Of a stretch of DNA of 64,000 nt, positions 13,274-25,354 are shown one piece after another. The notes below the pieces were generated by a model. That model had not been told where the DNA came from. It searched no databases and was given only the letters and a program-made list of their open reading frames with translations. The translations under genes and the position numbers were made by a program. Every line of letters starts with the position of its first letter. The first letter of the stretch is position 1. The stretch covers positions 1 to 64,000 of the forward strand of contig JAUCBJ010008761.1 in the NCBI GenBank assembly GCA_032718475.1, read 5' to 3'. The stretch comes from Nemertoderma westbladi (lineage: Eukaryota; Animalia; Xenacoelomorpha).

Positions 13274-13646
13274 TACTGTAACGCTAACTACACTGCTACA
13301 CTACATCTGTACATATGAATGACATAGCACTGTAGCAGCATAGTGCAGTAGTGCAGTGCATAACAGCATACTGGCATAGCCTACTGCCAGACTGCAGTAC
13401 AGTACCGGTACTGTCAGACTGTGAGAGTGAGATGTGGCCAGAGGCTGAGAGCTGGCAAACTCAGCAGAAACTAGTTTTTTAGCACCTTGGTTTTTTTAAA
13501 TCACCTACGGTTGACGGTACCGGACCGGGTACCGCAATACCACCCTACAGGCTACAGCCCTAACGACGTACTCTTGAAAATTTATTAAAAAACTCGGTTT
13601 TAGTTATTGTTGCTTCCCTGAAGTTCCAAAACTCCATACATACGCG

Positions 13647-13863
13647 CCTTGTTCTCTGTAAGGGTAAGCGTAGCTGCGTAGTTCATTAGTTAACGTAACG
13701 TAGGCCTGTAGGGGTAGGATCACTAGGATCAGCGATCGGCTTACCTACTACCGGTACAAGTCAAACACTGAAAAAGTGCAGTACCGTAGTTTTGTAAATA
13801 AAAATACAAGTATTTTGATCAGTGCAATTAGTTAAAATTACCCAGCTACTGGTACCGTAGCAG
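13647..13863 (+). promoter_or_regulatory. Putative TOP-like start and 5'UTR intron of RPL30
   Basis: Pyrimidine tract ccttgttctct (13647-13657), then donor g|gtaagc at 13664 and acceptor tagcag| at 13863, 20 nt before the ATG. This matches typical ribosomal protein gene architecture but is inferred. Confidence 0.5.
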
Positions 13864-13883
13864 TAAATAAATATATCTCAAAT

Positions 13884-14213
13884 ATGGTGGCATCAAAGAA
13901 GCAAAAGAAGGCTTTAGAGAACATCAACTCCAGATTGCAGTTGGTTATGAAGAGTGGGAAGTGTTGTCTTGGTTACCGACAGACTATAAAAACCCTGCGG
14001 GACGGAAAGGCAAAACTGATAATCGTATCGAACAACTGTCTCCCGCTGCGGAAGTCTGAGATCGAATATTACGCAATGCTGGCGAAGACTGGTGTCCATC
14101 ATTACACCGGAAACAACATCGAGTTGGGGACATCGTGTGGGAAGTTCTTCCGGGTATCAGTTCTAGCGATTACAGACCCCGGTGACTCTGATATAATTCG
14201 ATCACTAACGTAA
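13884..14213 (+). CDS. RPL30: 60S ribosomal protein L30 (eL30)
   Basis: [26 protein letters not shown]...[48 protein letters not shown]; AATAAA at 14368. Confidence 0.98.
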   Translation: MVASKKQKKALENINSRLQLVMKSGKCCLGYRQTIKTLRDGKAKLIIVSNNCLPLRKSEIEYYAMLAKTGVHHYTGNNIELGTSCGKFFRVSVLAITDPGDSDIIRSLT

Positions 14214-15246
14214 ATGCGGGTCTAATGTTAGATAGCATGAGGATATCGGACAGACTGTATCACAGCAACCAATGTTGTTTCTACTAAACATCCTGTAGAC
14301 ATTGGGTTTGTTTGTATTACAATAATTCCTTGAGTATATATATATAATTATAAAGTCTGAATTGGCTAATAAAAAATATATATGTAAGCCTGCTCGGTAT
14401 CACTATATTTCACATTTCAAACCTTACTCGTTCAACTTGAGTTGAGCTACCAATGATTCATATACTTTTTTTCCAAAGTTAATTTTGCATACCGGTAGTC
14501 TACATTTATGAAATAAGGATGAGATGAGAGTCCGGAAATTAATTTTTCGCTTATTCTTTCATTTTTTCGAAGAGAAAATGGAAAAATAAAAATATGAAAC
14601 CACTCTACCAGCGCTCTAATACAACCGTGGTATAATTCAATAAATTATTTACAATTCGGACGATATTTAACGTACAGTACTTCTTAATGTGCTAAATTTT
14701 TAGACATAAATTGAAGGATCTCGGTAATAACTGATATTGTGTTCTGCAGTGATTTATTGGCTTGCATTTCCATTGCAATCTGACTGCAACCGTTATATAA
14801 ATGATAAGGATATATTTATACTCTGAAGTGAATGCTTACGTGGGCGTTATTTTTAAAAAAAAATCGTAACATTGTTACATGGTATCGCAGTTTTGATGTA
14901 ATAAACACATTCCAAATAGGTTTACACGAAGGTTCCCTTCTCTTCGCTGTTTCACAGAATGCAATTGGGGTAGCTAGTCTAACTCTCATGGTTATCGTTT
15001 AACACTCACTTTAATCCATTGACTATCCAAATATTTTTCAGTGGCGGCTTAAGTTCGACTGAATTGTAACACATTACATACTATTATAATTATAGTTGTA
15101 TATCATTGTTGTAATACTCAATGATATTCTACCTTTGTCATAATTCATGATGGAGTTGGGATTGTGGCGACAGTTGAGTGTGCGATGTAAGTTGGTAATG
15201 GGGTCGGAATGGGAACACGGATGATTGCTCCTCCCATTTTGTTTTT

Positions 15247-15788
15247 GGGGGCGTTCATAAAGTATGTCACGCAAATGTTTCCGATTTTTGACCCCCCCTC
15301 CCCCCCTCTGTCACAAAGTGTCACACAAGCTCGACCCCCCCCCCCCCCTGTCACATTAGACAATTTGTAATACCCCCCCCCCCCCCCGCCCCGACAAAAA
15401 ATATTTTATTGTAATAATACACAATGTTTGTTATGCCAAAATACAATATAAATTCAATCACTATATCTACATTTTCCCACGGGCAAGTCAAGTGTTCTTA
15501 TTCTATATTAATAACAGGTATTACAGTGTTGGAGTCAATGGCTTCTATGTCCTACTCAATTTATCGATTATACTCAATGTTATTGAGTTTATTGTTTTCC
15601 TTAAAGTTACCCACTCTTCTACACATGTGTGAAAGTCAAAGCCAAGCTAACATTAAAGCATAGAACATCGCCGTGACCGTCACAAAAGTCGTACACCCCC
15701 CTCCCCCCTCTGTCACAAAATGTCACGCAAGCTCTAACCCCCCCCCCCCCCCCCCCCCTAGTGCGTGACATACTTTATGAACGCCCCC
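15247..15788. mobile_element. PIF/Harbinger-like MITE
   Basis: TIR gggggcgttcataaagtatgtcacgc / gcgtgacatactttatgaacgccccc, flanked by ttt on both sides, with internal C-run/tgtcac subrepeats. Confidence 0.8.
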
Positions 15789-15949
15789 TTTGGGGGGTGA
15801 TCACTGTTTACTGAAAAGCTCCAGTAGTGGTATATAAACTCGTAAACCTCTACAACTATAATCGGCCTGCTGTATTGAGGCTTCACAATGAGATGCTATG
15901 CCGGCTTAACAAAAATATTTTGATCACCACAATGCAATCCACAATTGGT

Positions 15950-16840
15950 AAGCCCAATGCAGCGTGCATTAAGAATGCTATGTCGGCTTATCAACAAAGT
16001 TGTACCCCTACAACTCCCTATCCCCATGACTTTCGCGTGATTATCCCCATCTTCAATGCCAGTGTCCTTCACGAGGCGTCTCGAGAAAGTCATGGGTTGT
16101 CCACAATGCTTATATTCTCCATGGGGCAGCCAAAGCACAATATTGTGCACAGGCTGGTCCTCACGATGAAAGCAATGTCCTGCAAAGCGGAGGCGGCTTT
16201 TTTAAGTGTCAAGCTTGGTGGAACCAATGAGACACCTCCAATATTATAAATGTTATATAGTGTCTGGTTGGAGAAATGTGCATTGTACTTGACACAGTGA
16301 ACCCGACATAGCATTGTTGTGAATGTGCCATCCAGAGATTTGGTGTCCTCAGCAGTTAGAGCCCAGCATGGACTCCCGTAGAGGAGTCTACTGCTGCTCT
16401 AAATAATCAGACCTTAAGTTGCCGATGTATTCTGTGTGACTTCCAAATCCTAGAAAGTCAATTAAATGCTGCCCATGCCTTTCCCTTGCGTATTCGAAGG
16501 TCCCCATCTGACTTCCGGATCCATGATCTCAGATAACAGAAGTCATCCACATGCTCAAGCATGCCATCCTTTGTTGAGTTTATGCTCACATGCGACCAGA
16601 AAGTTCAGAAGGACTTTCAAAGTTAACTGTCAAAATGTTGGTTTTTTCCGAGTTAACAAAAATACCAACACTAGAAGCAGCCTGTTCTAATGAGCTGAGG
16701 AGCCGTTGGGCTCACTCTAGTGATTCTGAGAGTACTCCTAAGTCATCAGCAAAGTCAAGATCAGTTAGGTACTTGGCAGCATTTCCTCGACTACTGGAGC
16801 CGGTAGGTGGAGTTACCACCACCCCATCATCATTATGATG
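15950..16840 (-). pseudogene. Degenerate non-LTR (RTE-like) reverse transcriptase 3' fragment
   Basis: Minus strand reads AAKYLTDLDFADDLGVLSESLE*AQRLL..VGIFVNSEKT, then RIRKGKAWAAF, LLYGSPCWAL and RRLRFAGHC; contains stops and frameshifts. Confidence 0.85.
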
Positions 16841-18184
16841 ATCTAAGGACTCACTTGGAAACGCCGTGGTTTGGAACTACGTAGTGACCCTTATGTCGTT
16901 CATATCCCGTTAGACAATGTTCATTTTCGAATAAAATTTATATAATACAGTAATATAATTGATATTCTCCCCTAAGGAAATTATGTTTACGTAACTTGTG
17001 TGAATATTGATTCTAAAGTTGGAATCCGTGCCCTAAGGATACTGACCCAATACCCCTCAGGTATTTCCATACCCTTAACTAATTATAGAAAACAACTAAC
17101 TAGAATCGCGCGTACGAGTTAATACGCGCGTACGACTATAGCCAGTTGCCACTAGTAAAATGAAATACCAATAATAGCCTGATTCAGACAGACATGGTCT
17201 TTGCCCATTGGTCTTATTACATATTGTACCATGTTGAGTGGGGATTTTACTTATTCGAGACGTTTATTTAAAGTAAAGTAATGGATGGGCGACGGGCGTG
17301 CAAATACGAAACGCCGGAAGCAACCGAAATGATCATACCATTTGGGCGTCATTCCATGGTTATCATTCAACCCCACCCCAACTAACACATTAAGACATTT
17401 ATATCAACCCTGAATTGGAAGACAGCTCTAAAATGTCTTTCTCGAGATGGTTCTTGTGTATCGTTTAGTCGAAAAACTTTATTTCACTGGTGACTGACTA
17501 CTTATGATATAGAGTTGTAATTGAAATAAATACCTTTTCTTCTTGTTTTTATTTGTGGAAGAATTATTATATTTATTATATTATACCATTCATATTTTTG
17601 ACCTAGTGAAAAACATCCATCTCTACGAAGTTCTAACTAAAATATAATTAATACGTTATTACAAAACGTACGGGAAGAACAAAAAATCACGGTTTATAGG
17701 ACTTATACGTTAGATGAAACCAGAACCATCGGTTAAACACCGCCGCCAGAGTTTGATTTATATCATTTAATTTAAATCACATAAAAAAATCTTTTTGACT
17801 TTGTATTTTCTCTTTGTTGATTTTTTCATGATTTTTATCAACCCATGCTTTGAAGCCAGGAGAGCCATTGCATTACATGTAATGATGATTAATAAGAGTC
17901 AAATTACCTAATGGATTTTTAATTAATTGTTTATTTGGTTTATATTTGAATAATTAAGAAGCTGCATTGATAAAGCATGAAGTCTTCACAATATTTTCAT
18001 TTTCCTCTACAATCCATGTTCCTCTAGAAACCATGAGTACTGATTTCTCATTAACGTATTGCATATTTAACTACGGGAAACACGTTTAGGTTAATTTCTC
18101 TAAATCATCATAAATTAGGTTCAGATTCAGACACCAATTAAGGTGATAGAAAAAATGACAATGACGGTTTACATAGTTTTAGCC

Positions 18185-19262
18185 TGAATCTGTGTTCCCG
18201 GTTACAAATTAGTGTGTTCGGATACGAATGTGTGTTCCCGGTTACAAATTAGTGTGTTCGGATACGAATTTGTGTTCCCGGTTACAAATCAGTGTGTTCG
18301 GATACGAATCTGTGTTCCCGGTTACAAATCAGTGTGTTCGGCTACGAATGTGTGTTCCCGGTTACAAATCAGTGTGTTCGGCTACGAATCTGAGCATCCG
18401 GTTACAAATCAGTGTGTTCGGCTACGAATCTGTGTTCCCGGTTACAAATCAGTGTGTTCGGATACGAATCTGTGTTCCCGGTTACAAATCAGTGTGTTCG
18501 GCTACGAATGTGTGTTCCCGGTTACAAATCAGTGTGTTCGGATACGAATCTGTGTTCCCGGTTACAAATCAGTGTGTTCGGCTACGAATGTGTGTTCCCG
18601 GTTATAAATCAGTGTGTTCGGCTACGAATCTGTGTTCCCGGTTACAAATCAGTGTGTTCGGCTACGAATCTGTGTTCCCGGTTACAAATCAGTGTGTTCG
18701 GCTACGAATGTGTGTTCCCGGTTATAAATCAGTGTGTTCGGCTACGAATCTGTGTTCCCGGTTACAAATCAGTGTGTTCGGATACGAATCTGTGTTCCCG
18801 GTTACAAATCAGTGTGTTCGGCTACGAATCTGTGTTCCCGGTTACAAATGAGTGTGTTCGGCTACGAATCTGTGTTCCCGGTTACAAATGAGTGTGTTCG
18901 GCGACGAATCTGTGTTCACAGTTACAAATTAGTGTATTCGGCTACGAATCTGTGTTCCCGGTTATAAATTAGTGTGTTCGGCTACGAATCTGTGTTCCCG
19001 GTTACAAATCAGTGTGTTCGTATACGAATCTGTGTTCCCGGTTATAAATCAGTGTGTTCGGCTACGAATCTGTGTTCCCGGTTACAAATCAGTGTGTTCG
19101 GCTACGAATGTGTGTTCCCGGTTACAAATCAGTGTGTTCGGCTGCGAATCTGTGTTCCCGGTTACAAATCAGTGTGTTCGGCTACGAATATGTGTTCCCG
19201 GTTACAAATTAGTGTGTTCGGATACGAATCTGAGCATCCGGTTACCAATTTGTGTTTCTGGT
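18185..19262. repeat. 40-bp minisatellite (~27 copies) made of two related 20-bp halves
   Basis: Unit gaatctgtgttcccggttac+aaatcagtgtgttcggctac; it accounts for the repetitive ORFs at 18212-19327. Confidence 0.97.
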
Positions 19263-19574
19263 TGCGATATGTAGGCATAGTTACAGGCTACAAATCTGTA
19301 TCAATTCACTTTTCATCAGCCTACTAACTAAATACCGAAACCTCCACACACTGAAAATCTATTAAAAAAAAAATTAGCAGCGGGGCAGTTGAACAAAGTT
19401 TCATAGTTAGCAAACACCTACTGGGACATATTCGTCATAATGCAATAATTGTTCATAATAATATTGCCTTCTATGGAAATATCTTTTCAAAATATTTACA
19501 TTCAAGCACTTAGGCCTACAGACACCATGCGGCTACTACTATTACTACGATCGGCATGCTGTATATATTAAATA

Positions 19575-19895
19575 TATATTAAGAATGCTGTGTCGGTTTG
19601 TCGACAAAATTGCGCCGCCACAACTCCCAATCACTCATGACATTTGCTAGAACATCCGCATCTTCAAGGCCAGTGTCCTACTGTCCACCATGCTTATTCC
19701 CTCCATGAGGCCGGCAAAGCGCAAAATTAAGCTCTGGCTGGTCCTCACGGCGAAAGCAATGTCCTGCAAAGCGGAGGCGGATCCGTTCATGTTTCAGTTC
19801 AAGTTCAAGCTAGGGGAGATTAATGGAACACCTCCAATGTTGTATAGAGTCTGATTGGTGATGTGTTCATTGTACTTGACACAATGAACCCATCG
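19575..19895 (-). pseudogene. Second, shorter fragment of the same RTE-like LINE
   Basis: ggctggtcctcacg..gaaagcaatgtcctgcaaagcggaggcgg and cattgtacttgacaca match 16152-16300. Confidence 0.8.
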
Positions 19896-22368
19896 CGGCT
19901 AAATAAGGAAGTAAATCTGATAAAATGCCGAATTAATTGCATTGAAAGTACCCCTCGGCCCTCCTCGCATTAGGAAAAACGACGTTCATATTATAAAATT
20001 TTCATCCGATTATGATGCGATGTGTGTGTGACTCACTTCCGAACACTTGAAATAAACTAGCCTATTCAACGGTTCACAGACCTCATCCCACGGACAAAAG
20101 AAGGTAAACTCCAATCACATAGAATTATTAATAAAGGTAACGTGTAGGAAGTGAAGCAGGGAGACACAAAATAGTATTATTGGCAAGTTGTTAACAACTA
20201 GCGAGAGAGTTTGGTTTGCAAAGAAACTAGTTAATATGCATGATTAATCAGCTAACGGTTTCACTGCATGCTTGGCTGCTTGCGTCTTATATTACTTGTC
20301 CAATTTGGCGGACCAATAGTCATTACGGTTGTGGGGTAATATGCTACCTCACCTCGTCATCGCGATTTCGCTATGAATTAATTCGAGTAGATCATAAAGA
20401 AACGGACAGTTATTTGTAGGTGGTGTTTTGGTCGATTTGATTTCTAAGAGTAAGAGACAAGTTATAGAGTTTAAGAGACAAAAAAAGTATTGTGTCTAAT
20501 GTACGTATGATGCACGGATATATGTGTATTTTGAATAATATTTTTTCATTTCCGAAAGGTGCTGAAATTGGTGTCAGGAACTCCCCATATCTCGAAAACT
20601 AGTGGAGCTATTCAATTGTTTTATTTGTTTCATCTCGGACATAATTTTAGTAAGCACTTTCGACGCGCTAGACCTATTGTTTAAGGGATTCTAACTAAGA
20701 GAAATAACTGGCCCACTAAATTTATGAGCTTTGCAGCAGCTTGGCGGGTCGTTTCTATTAGTAGCTCATGTGGAATCGAATTATTTAATGTCCCGTTTTT
20801 AAGTTACTAATAATAATTGTCCCAACGATATTATCTTCACCAATTCTCCCTCTTTCACATTGTACGATTTTCATATATTTATTTAGTGCCCCGTTTTCAG
20901 GATCTATATATGTATTTAGTGCCCCGTTTTCAGGATCTATATATTTATTTACTAATTATCTTTCACTGGGAAGGTTTTACAATTTATATAAAATGTATTT
21001 CGAATGACATGTGACCCAAGATTCCAATTGGCAGTAAGAAAGAAAATAAATAATTGCAAGTTAAGTAATTAACTATTATTTATAATTGCTATATCCAACA
21101 GACCAACACACAGTAAATCAAATATATCATGTACAACTGGTAGCCTGAGCTACAATTTAAAGGAAGCTCGTATATAAACAGAAATAATAGGGCAACATTG
21201 AGCACCAATAGCTACTATTAATTAATTATCTACAATCAACGCACAATTAGCTGGATATATTGAATAAAGTTGCTCGAACGTCAACGTTTCTGTTCACAAT
21301 GATTGTGTGAGTTACATTACAAGTACAAAAAGCAATCAAACATAGACTGGCAAAAAAACTAAGTAAAAAAAAATCGAAAAATTAATGACGCTGACCAAAT
21401 GGCACAAAACAAACAATAGAAGAAGATCTGATAGAAAACGATACATTGTAATGAAATGGTAACGAATAATATTAATATGGAGAAATACTCAAAATAAAAT
21501 GATAACTTATTAAGGAAGTAAGGAGGCAAATTAGATGCGATGAATCCCGAATCAACATAACCTGAGAGCTAGGCGTATTTTTTTTTAAATAAATTACATA
21601 AGGACGGGTTTTGTCAACAAACTTTGCTATTTTTCGTTAAACCTATAAATTTTTCTAGATTTTGAACTTTTGTCGAAGCTTCATTTAAATCGTTCTTCAG
21701 AGCTTCATATAAAGGTATAATCCCAGGTCACGCATTCAACACGTGATATACTCGAACGCCCCCGTTACATTTACGGCCAATAATAATCGACCTCATGTTA
21801 GTATTATAGCCAACAACATAAACAACTTTATCGATAATACTAAATTGCACAAAAGAATTACAAATGGATTGGTTATCAAGGCAGTAGAGACGTCCTGTGG
21901 ATACGAGAGAGTACAACAATGGAACCAATAATATCATACAAGTGTATAAATAATAATGATATGTTTTTTTGTTAAATGTTTTATTACCATATGTAATGAT
22001 GTGCCATTGGATGGCTTTAATAATAAACTAGTACGCGGTTACTGGAGTCCTAATAAACTATTTATTTCACGGCTAGTAATCTTACACTTTACAATGGATT
22101 CCAATTAATACAAAGTGTGATCTAAATAGCCTAAATGCATATATGTTTACGTAAAACCCCAGAGATAATACATAGTATGGCATAGAATGAGTATATGGTG
22201 CATAAGATTTTCTAGGTCATACACTTATTCTTTCAACGAATCATGAGTTTGTGAAACTCTACACAGTTCCATTCAGTCTGCTTTATAGAATAGAGTTTCT
22301 TCGTCTTTTCTCTAACTCGAATTTGAAGTTGATGATGATATTAGCTGAAATATTTGTAGTAATCCCGA

Positions 22369-22532
22369 TTAGCAACGGTCTAGGGAGAGTAGGGAACACA
22401 GATGGTCAGTATGGGATTGGGAGGCGGCGAGCCGGAACGGTGAGCACGCGGTGGGAGGTGGTTGCGACGGGATCCAAGGCTCTCGATGGCGGACTCGCCG
22501 TGCTAAAGGCCCTACCAGTACAGCGTGGGTAC
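22369..22532 (-). CDS. DOK4/5/6-like gene, exon 8 (terminal coding exon, predicted)
   Basis: Acceptor ttgtttag|, phase 1, reads (G)THAVLVGPLARR..SLDRC* with TAA at 22369-22371. No homology support. Confidence 0.55.
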
Positions 22533-23148
22533 CTAAACAAATAAGTAATATAATAAATACGGGTCCATAAACAATAAAATAAAGTAGTAAAACTTATTAA
22601 TTCAAACAGACCATCCTGACTACAAATACTCAACCCCGTTCTACATGCTCATCCCGGCATGCCACTGCCGATACTGTAACTCAATTAGCGACAGGTACCA
22701 CGCTCTCAGCTGCCCACAGTGCCCATCTCTTGTCATTCTCGCCTCAACTTAACTCAACTGAATTGTTAATCTCTAATTGTTTATCCCAATATTTGTTCCT
22801 TTTTAAATCTACCCCGTCTGGGGTTGTATTATATTATAATATTATTTACTTGTGAATATCAGTTGACTGACAGCGCGTAGAAATGTTGTCATTAGTTGAT
22901 AGTTAAAGTTAATTAGAGGATCTAAACGATCAACCTTAAAAAGGTTGATCGTCTAGTTCCTCTTATCCGATTATTTAGTGGCGGTGTAACTCCAATTAGG
23001 GTGCCGCATCGGGTGAAATTGTCTTTTTAATTTAATTAAATTGGTTTAATGAACTCAAGCAACACCCCAATTGGAAATCAGAGAAGCAAATGTAATAATA
23101 TTATGTATCAATAGTCTATATAATAAAATCTTGTTATGGGGGACTAAC

Positions 23149-23382
23149 CTAAGTCTATGGAAGGAGATTGTCTCAGTCTGTCTGTACTGCGAGTTGTTGT
23201 GGGGAGGGTTGGGGGCTCGTCTGTCACCGCTAGAGGGCTCACCGGTGAGCGGCGTATCGGTGCCACCCTCGCGACAGGCCGGAACTCCCCGCAGGGTTGC
23301 CCCTGGTCGTCTAGGTTACGGAAGAACGCCCGCGGGGCATTGTGTTCGTTGGGTTCAGCAGCCGGGTGAGCCAGTCTCGGGT
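23149..23382 (-). CDS. DOK4/5/6-like gene, exon 7
   Basis: ttacag| ... |gttagt, 234 nt, phase 1-1, open: PRLAHPAAEPNEHNAPRAFF..SPSIDL; GC-rich island. Confidence 0.75.
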
Positions 23383-23633
23383 CTGTAACACAACCAACAA
23401 TTCGATAAAGATATATATTTTATGTCAGTAAATCTATAATATACAAGATTGGCTCAAGTGTTAAAATAGTGATAAAGAATTAAGGCCCAGGTTCGATCCC
23501 TGGTCGGATCAGTATTTCAACATTCCTTGGGCGATAAAAATAAGGAACTGAGGTAACATTGTAAACAAGAGGAGGATCTCCAGTCTCCATGGTGGTGAAT
23601 ATGAATTCCAGGTCCAGTAAATTATAAACTTAC

Positions 23634-23752
23634 CGAGTGGAAGGTGGATTTTCTGACAACTCTGACTACTTGTAGGTGCAGTTTCTATAGCAACCGAATT
23701 AATCATTAGTTCAGAATCACTGGAATGGCCTTCTGATTCGAGACTCCCGTTA
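23634..23752 (-). CDS. DOK4/5/6-like gene, exon 6
   Basis: ttatag| ... |gtaagt, 119 nt, phase 2-1, NGSLESEGHSSDSELMINSVAIETAPTSSQSCQKIHLPL. Confidence 0.75.
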
Positions 23753-24101
23753 CTATAACAACAATAACATTTATATTTGTTTAATAATTATAAAATTCAC
23801 ATAATGAGAATCTTTCACAATTCGTATAACAAAAATCACATAATGGGATCTCTTGTTGTATTTCTTAAGTACCTATTATATTTTAAGAATGTTAACAGAT
23901 AAAGGACCATTCAATATTTATTTAAACAAGAAATCTAATTTTATGAGATTCGACATTCTTTATGATTGGCATTTAATCAGGAAATACAATTTCGGTCAGT
24001 AAAATAGATAACAATCGTATTGTATAGTGAACTGCAAACATTCGTTAACAAACAATGGCTCTGTACATTAACGAGTTACTACAAGGAGCCACCATCCATA
24101 C

Positions 24102-24281
24102 CTGTTTCTATCGATTCTCGCGCTGTGCTTCACAGAAGTTCGCGGTAATGGGCCGGCTGGACGTCTGGCCTTGGCTAACTCCGCGTCCGCTATCGCGTTG
24201 GTCGCGAGGTGCAGTCGGTTGTACAGGATCTCCCCGTAGGGCGTGTGGAATATAACAATACCCTCCCCGTATTCGCAGTGT
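24102..24281 (-). CDS. DOK4/5/6-like gene, exon 5 (end of IRS-type PTB domain)
   Basis: ttgtag| ... |gtatgg, 180 nt, phase 2-2, HCEYGEGIVIFHTPYGEILYNRLHLATNAIA; resembles DOK5/6 MC.TGEGLF.FQT..GE.IYQKVH.A.LAIA. Confidence 0.9.
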
Positions 24282-25109
24282 CTACAAGGAAAATAATAAG
24301 CCAATGTTTATCGCAATTAGTTTTAGTCTAAGTTCATGAAGATAAACGTATTCTAGTGAAATAAAACGAAATCAATGTGAACAAATAAACACCCGCAATC
24401 AATATCCGGACAAGTGAATCTTTACACTGCACTTGGAATCCGTCAATATGTGGAGTGGAGATATCCAGACGTTCTCAAACATTATCGCCACGGGGACAGT
24501 TTAAAGGAGACATTGGCCCCCCCTGAGAGCGTCAGATTATATGCCAGCGACCCTCCGCATGTTAGTTCTTACAGAAGCGATGGGCGCCAGCGCGGTGGGT
24601 TGGTGAGGCTGACATATAGAGGGACCCCTCGGCTGCAAGCTGGCTGGGCCCCAGGGACCACAGCTGTGGTTGGTAATCTCTATATTCCGCCCCATTACTA
24701 ATGTTTATGTACATTTATAGCCAGGGTTGGATGTGGTTAGTGGAGGCTCTGTACTGTACTGTACAGTGTACAGCCTACAGCAGCAGTAGAAGGCTCCATC
24801 ATTAAATACCGCCTGTCTTCATAAATTAATACTATCATAAATGTTAAATGTTTAACGATTTTTATTGGCCTTTATTAATTATTATTACTAACATTTTTAT
24901 TATTATGGTTTTGACTTCGACTTGAATATTTTGTGAATATTCTTGTAATGTTTCTGCAAACTTTGTGAATTTTATATTATAATGTCAAAATTGTTCCTAA
25001 ATAAGAATTCAGTTTGAGCGCAACCCCTATCACTGCCACACCGCAGCCCAATGAATGTTGAGACCGCTGTAGAAACTGCCTATATTTCTAATAAAACTCC
25101 TCGACTTAC

Positions 25110-25299
25110 CTCCCTGCTTCGAATGTAAACTTTGTAGAATCACCCCCGTAGCGGCGCAAGGAGTACAGGGGCCACGAGGTCAGCCTGAGTCTGGGGTTGT
25201 GTAGGTCCCAGACGTGTAGCGACTCGCCAGTCAGCTGTAAGGAACACTCCCCCGAGAACGGGAGTTGTTTACACGCCACTAGGTAGGCTGGGAAACGTT
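25110..25299 (-). CDS. DOK4/5/6-like gene, exon 4 (IRS-type PTB domain)
   Basis: ctgcag| ... |gtaagt, 190 nt, phase 1-2, ERFPAYL..GECSLQLT..LHVWDLHNPRLRLTSWPLYSLRRYGGDSTKFTFEAGR. Confidence 0.95.
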
Positions 25300-25354
25300 C
25301 TGCAGAGGAAATAAATACAACATTCTAGATATTAGGGTTAGGGTATCAAGATAT

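Noticed and set aside
18185-19327. Repetitive ORFs and CRISPR-like periodicity in the 40-bp array
   Set aside because: Head-to-tail units with no unique spacers, no cas genes and a eukaryotic context; the ORFs are by-products of the repeat.
24573-24677. Possible 105-nt cassette exon in DOK intron 4
   Set aside because: Open in phase but has a weak acceptor and no homology, and it would split the PTB domain.
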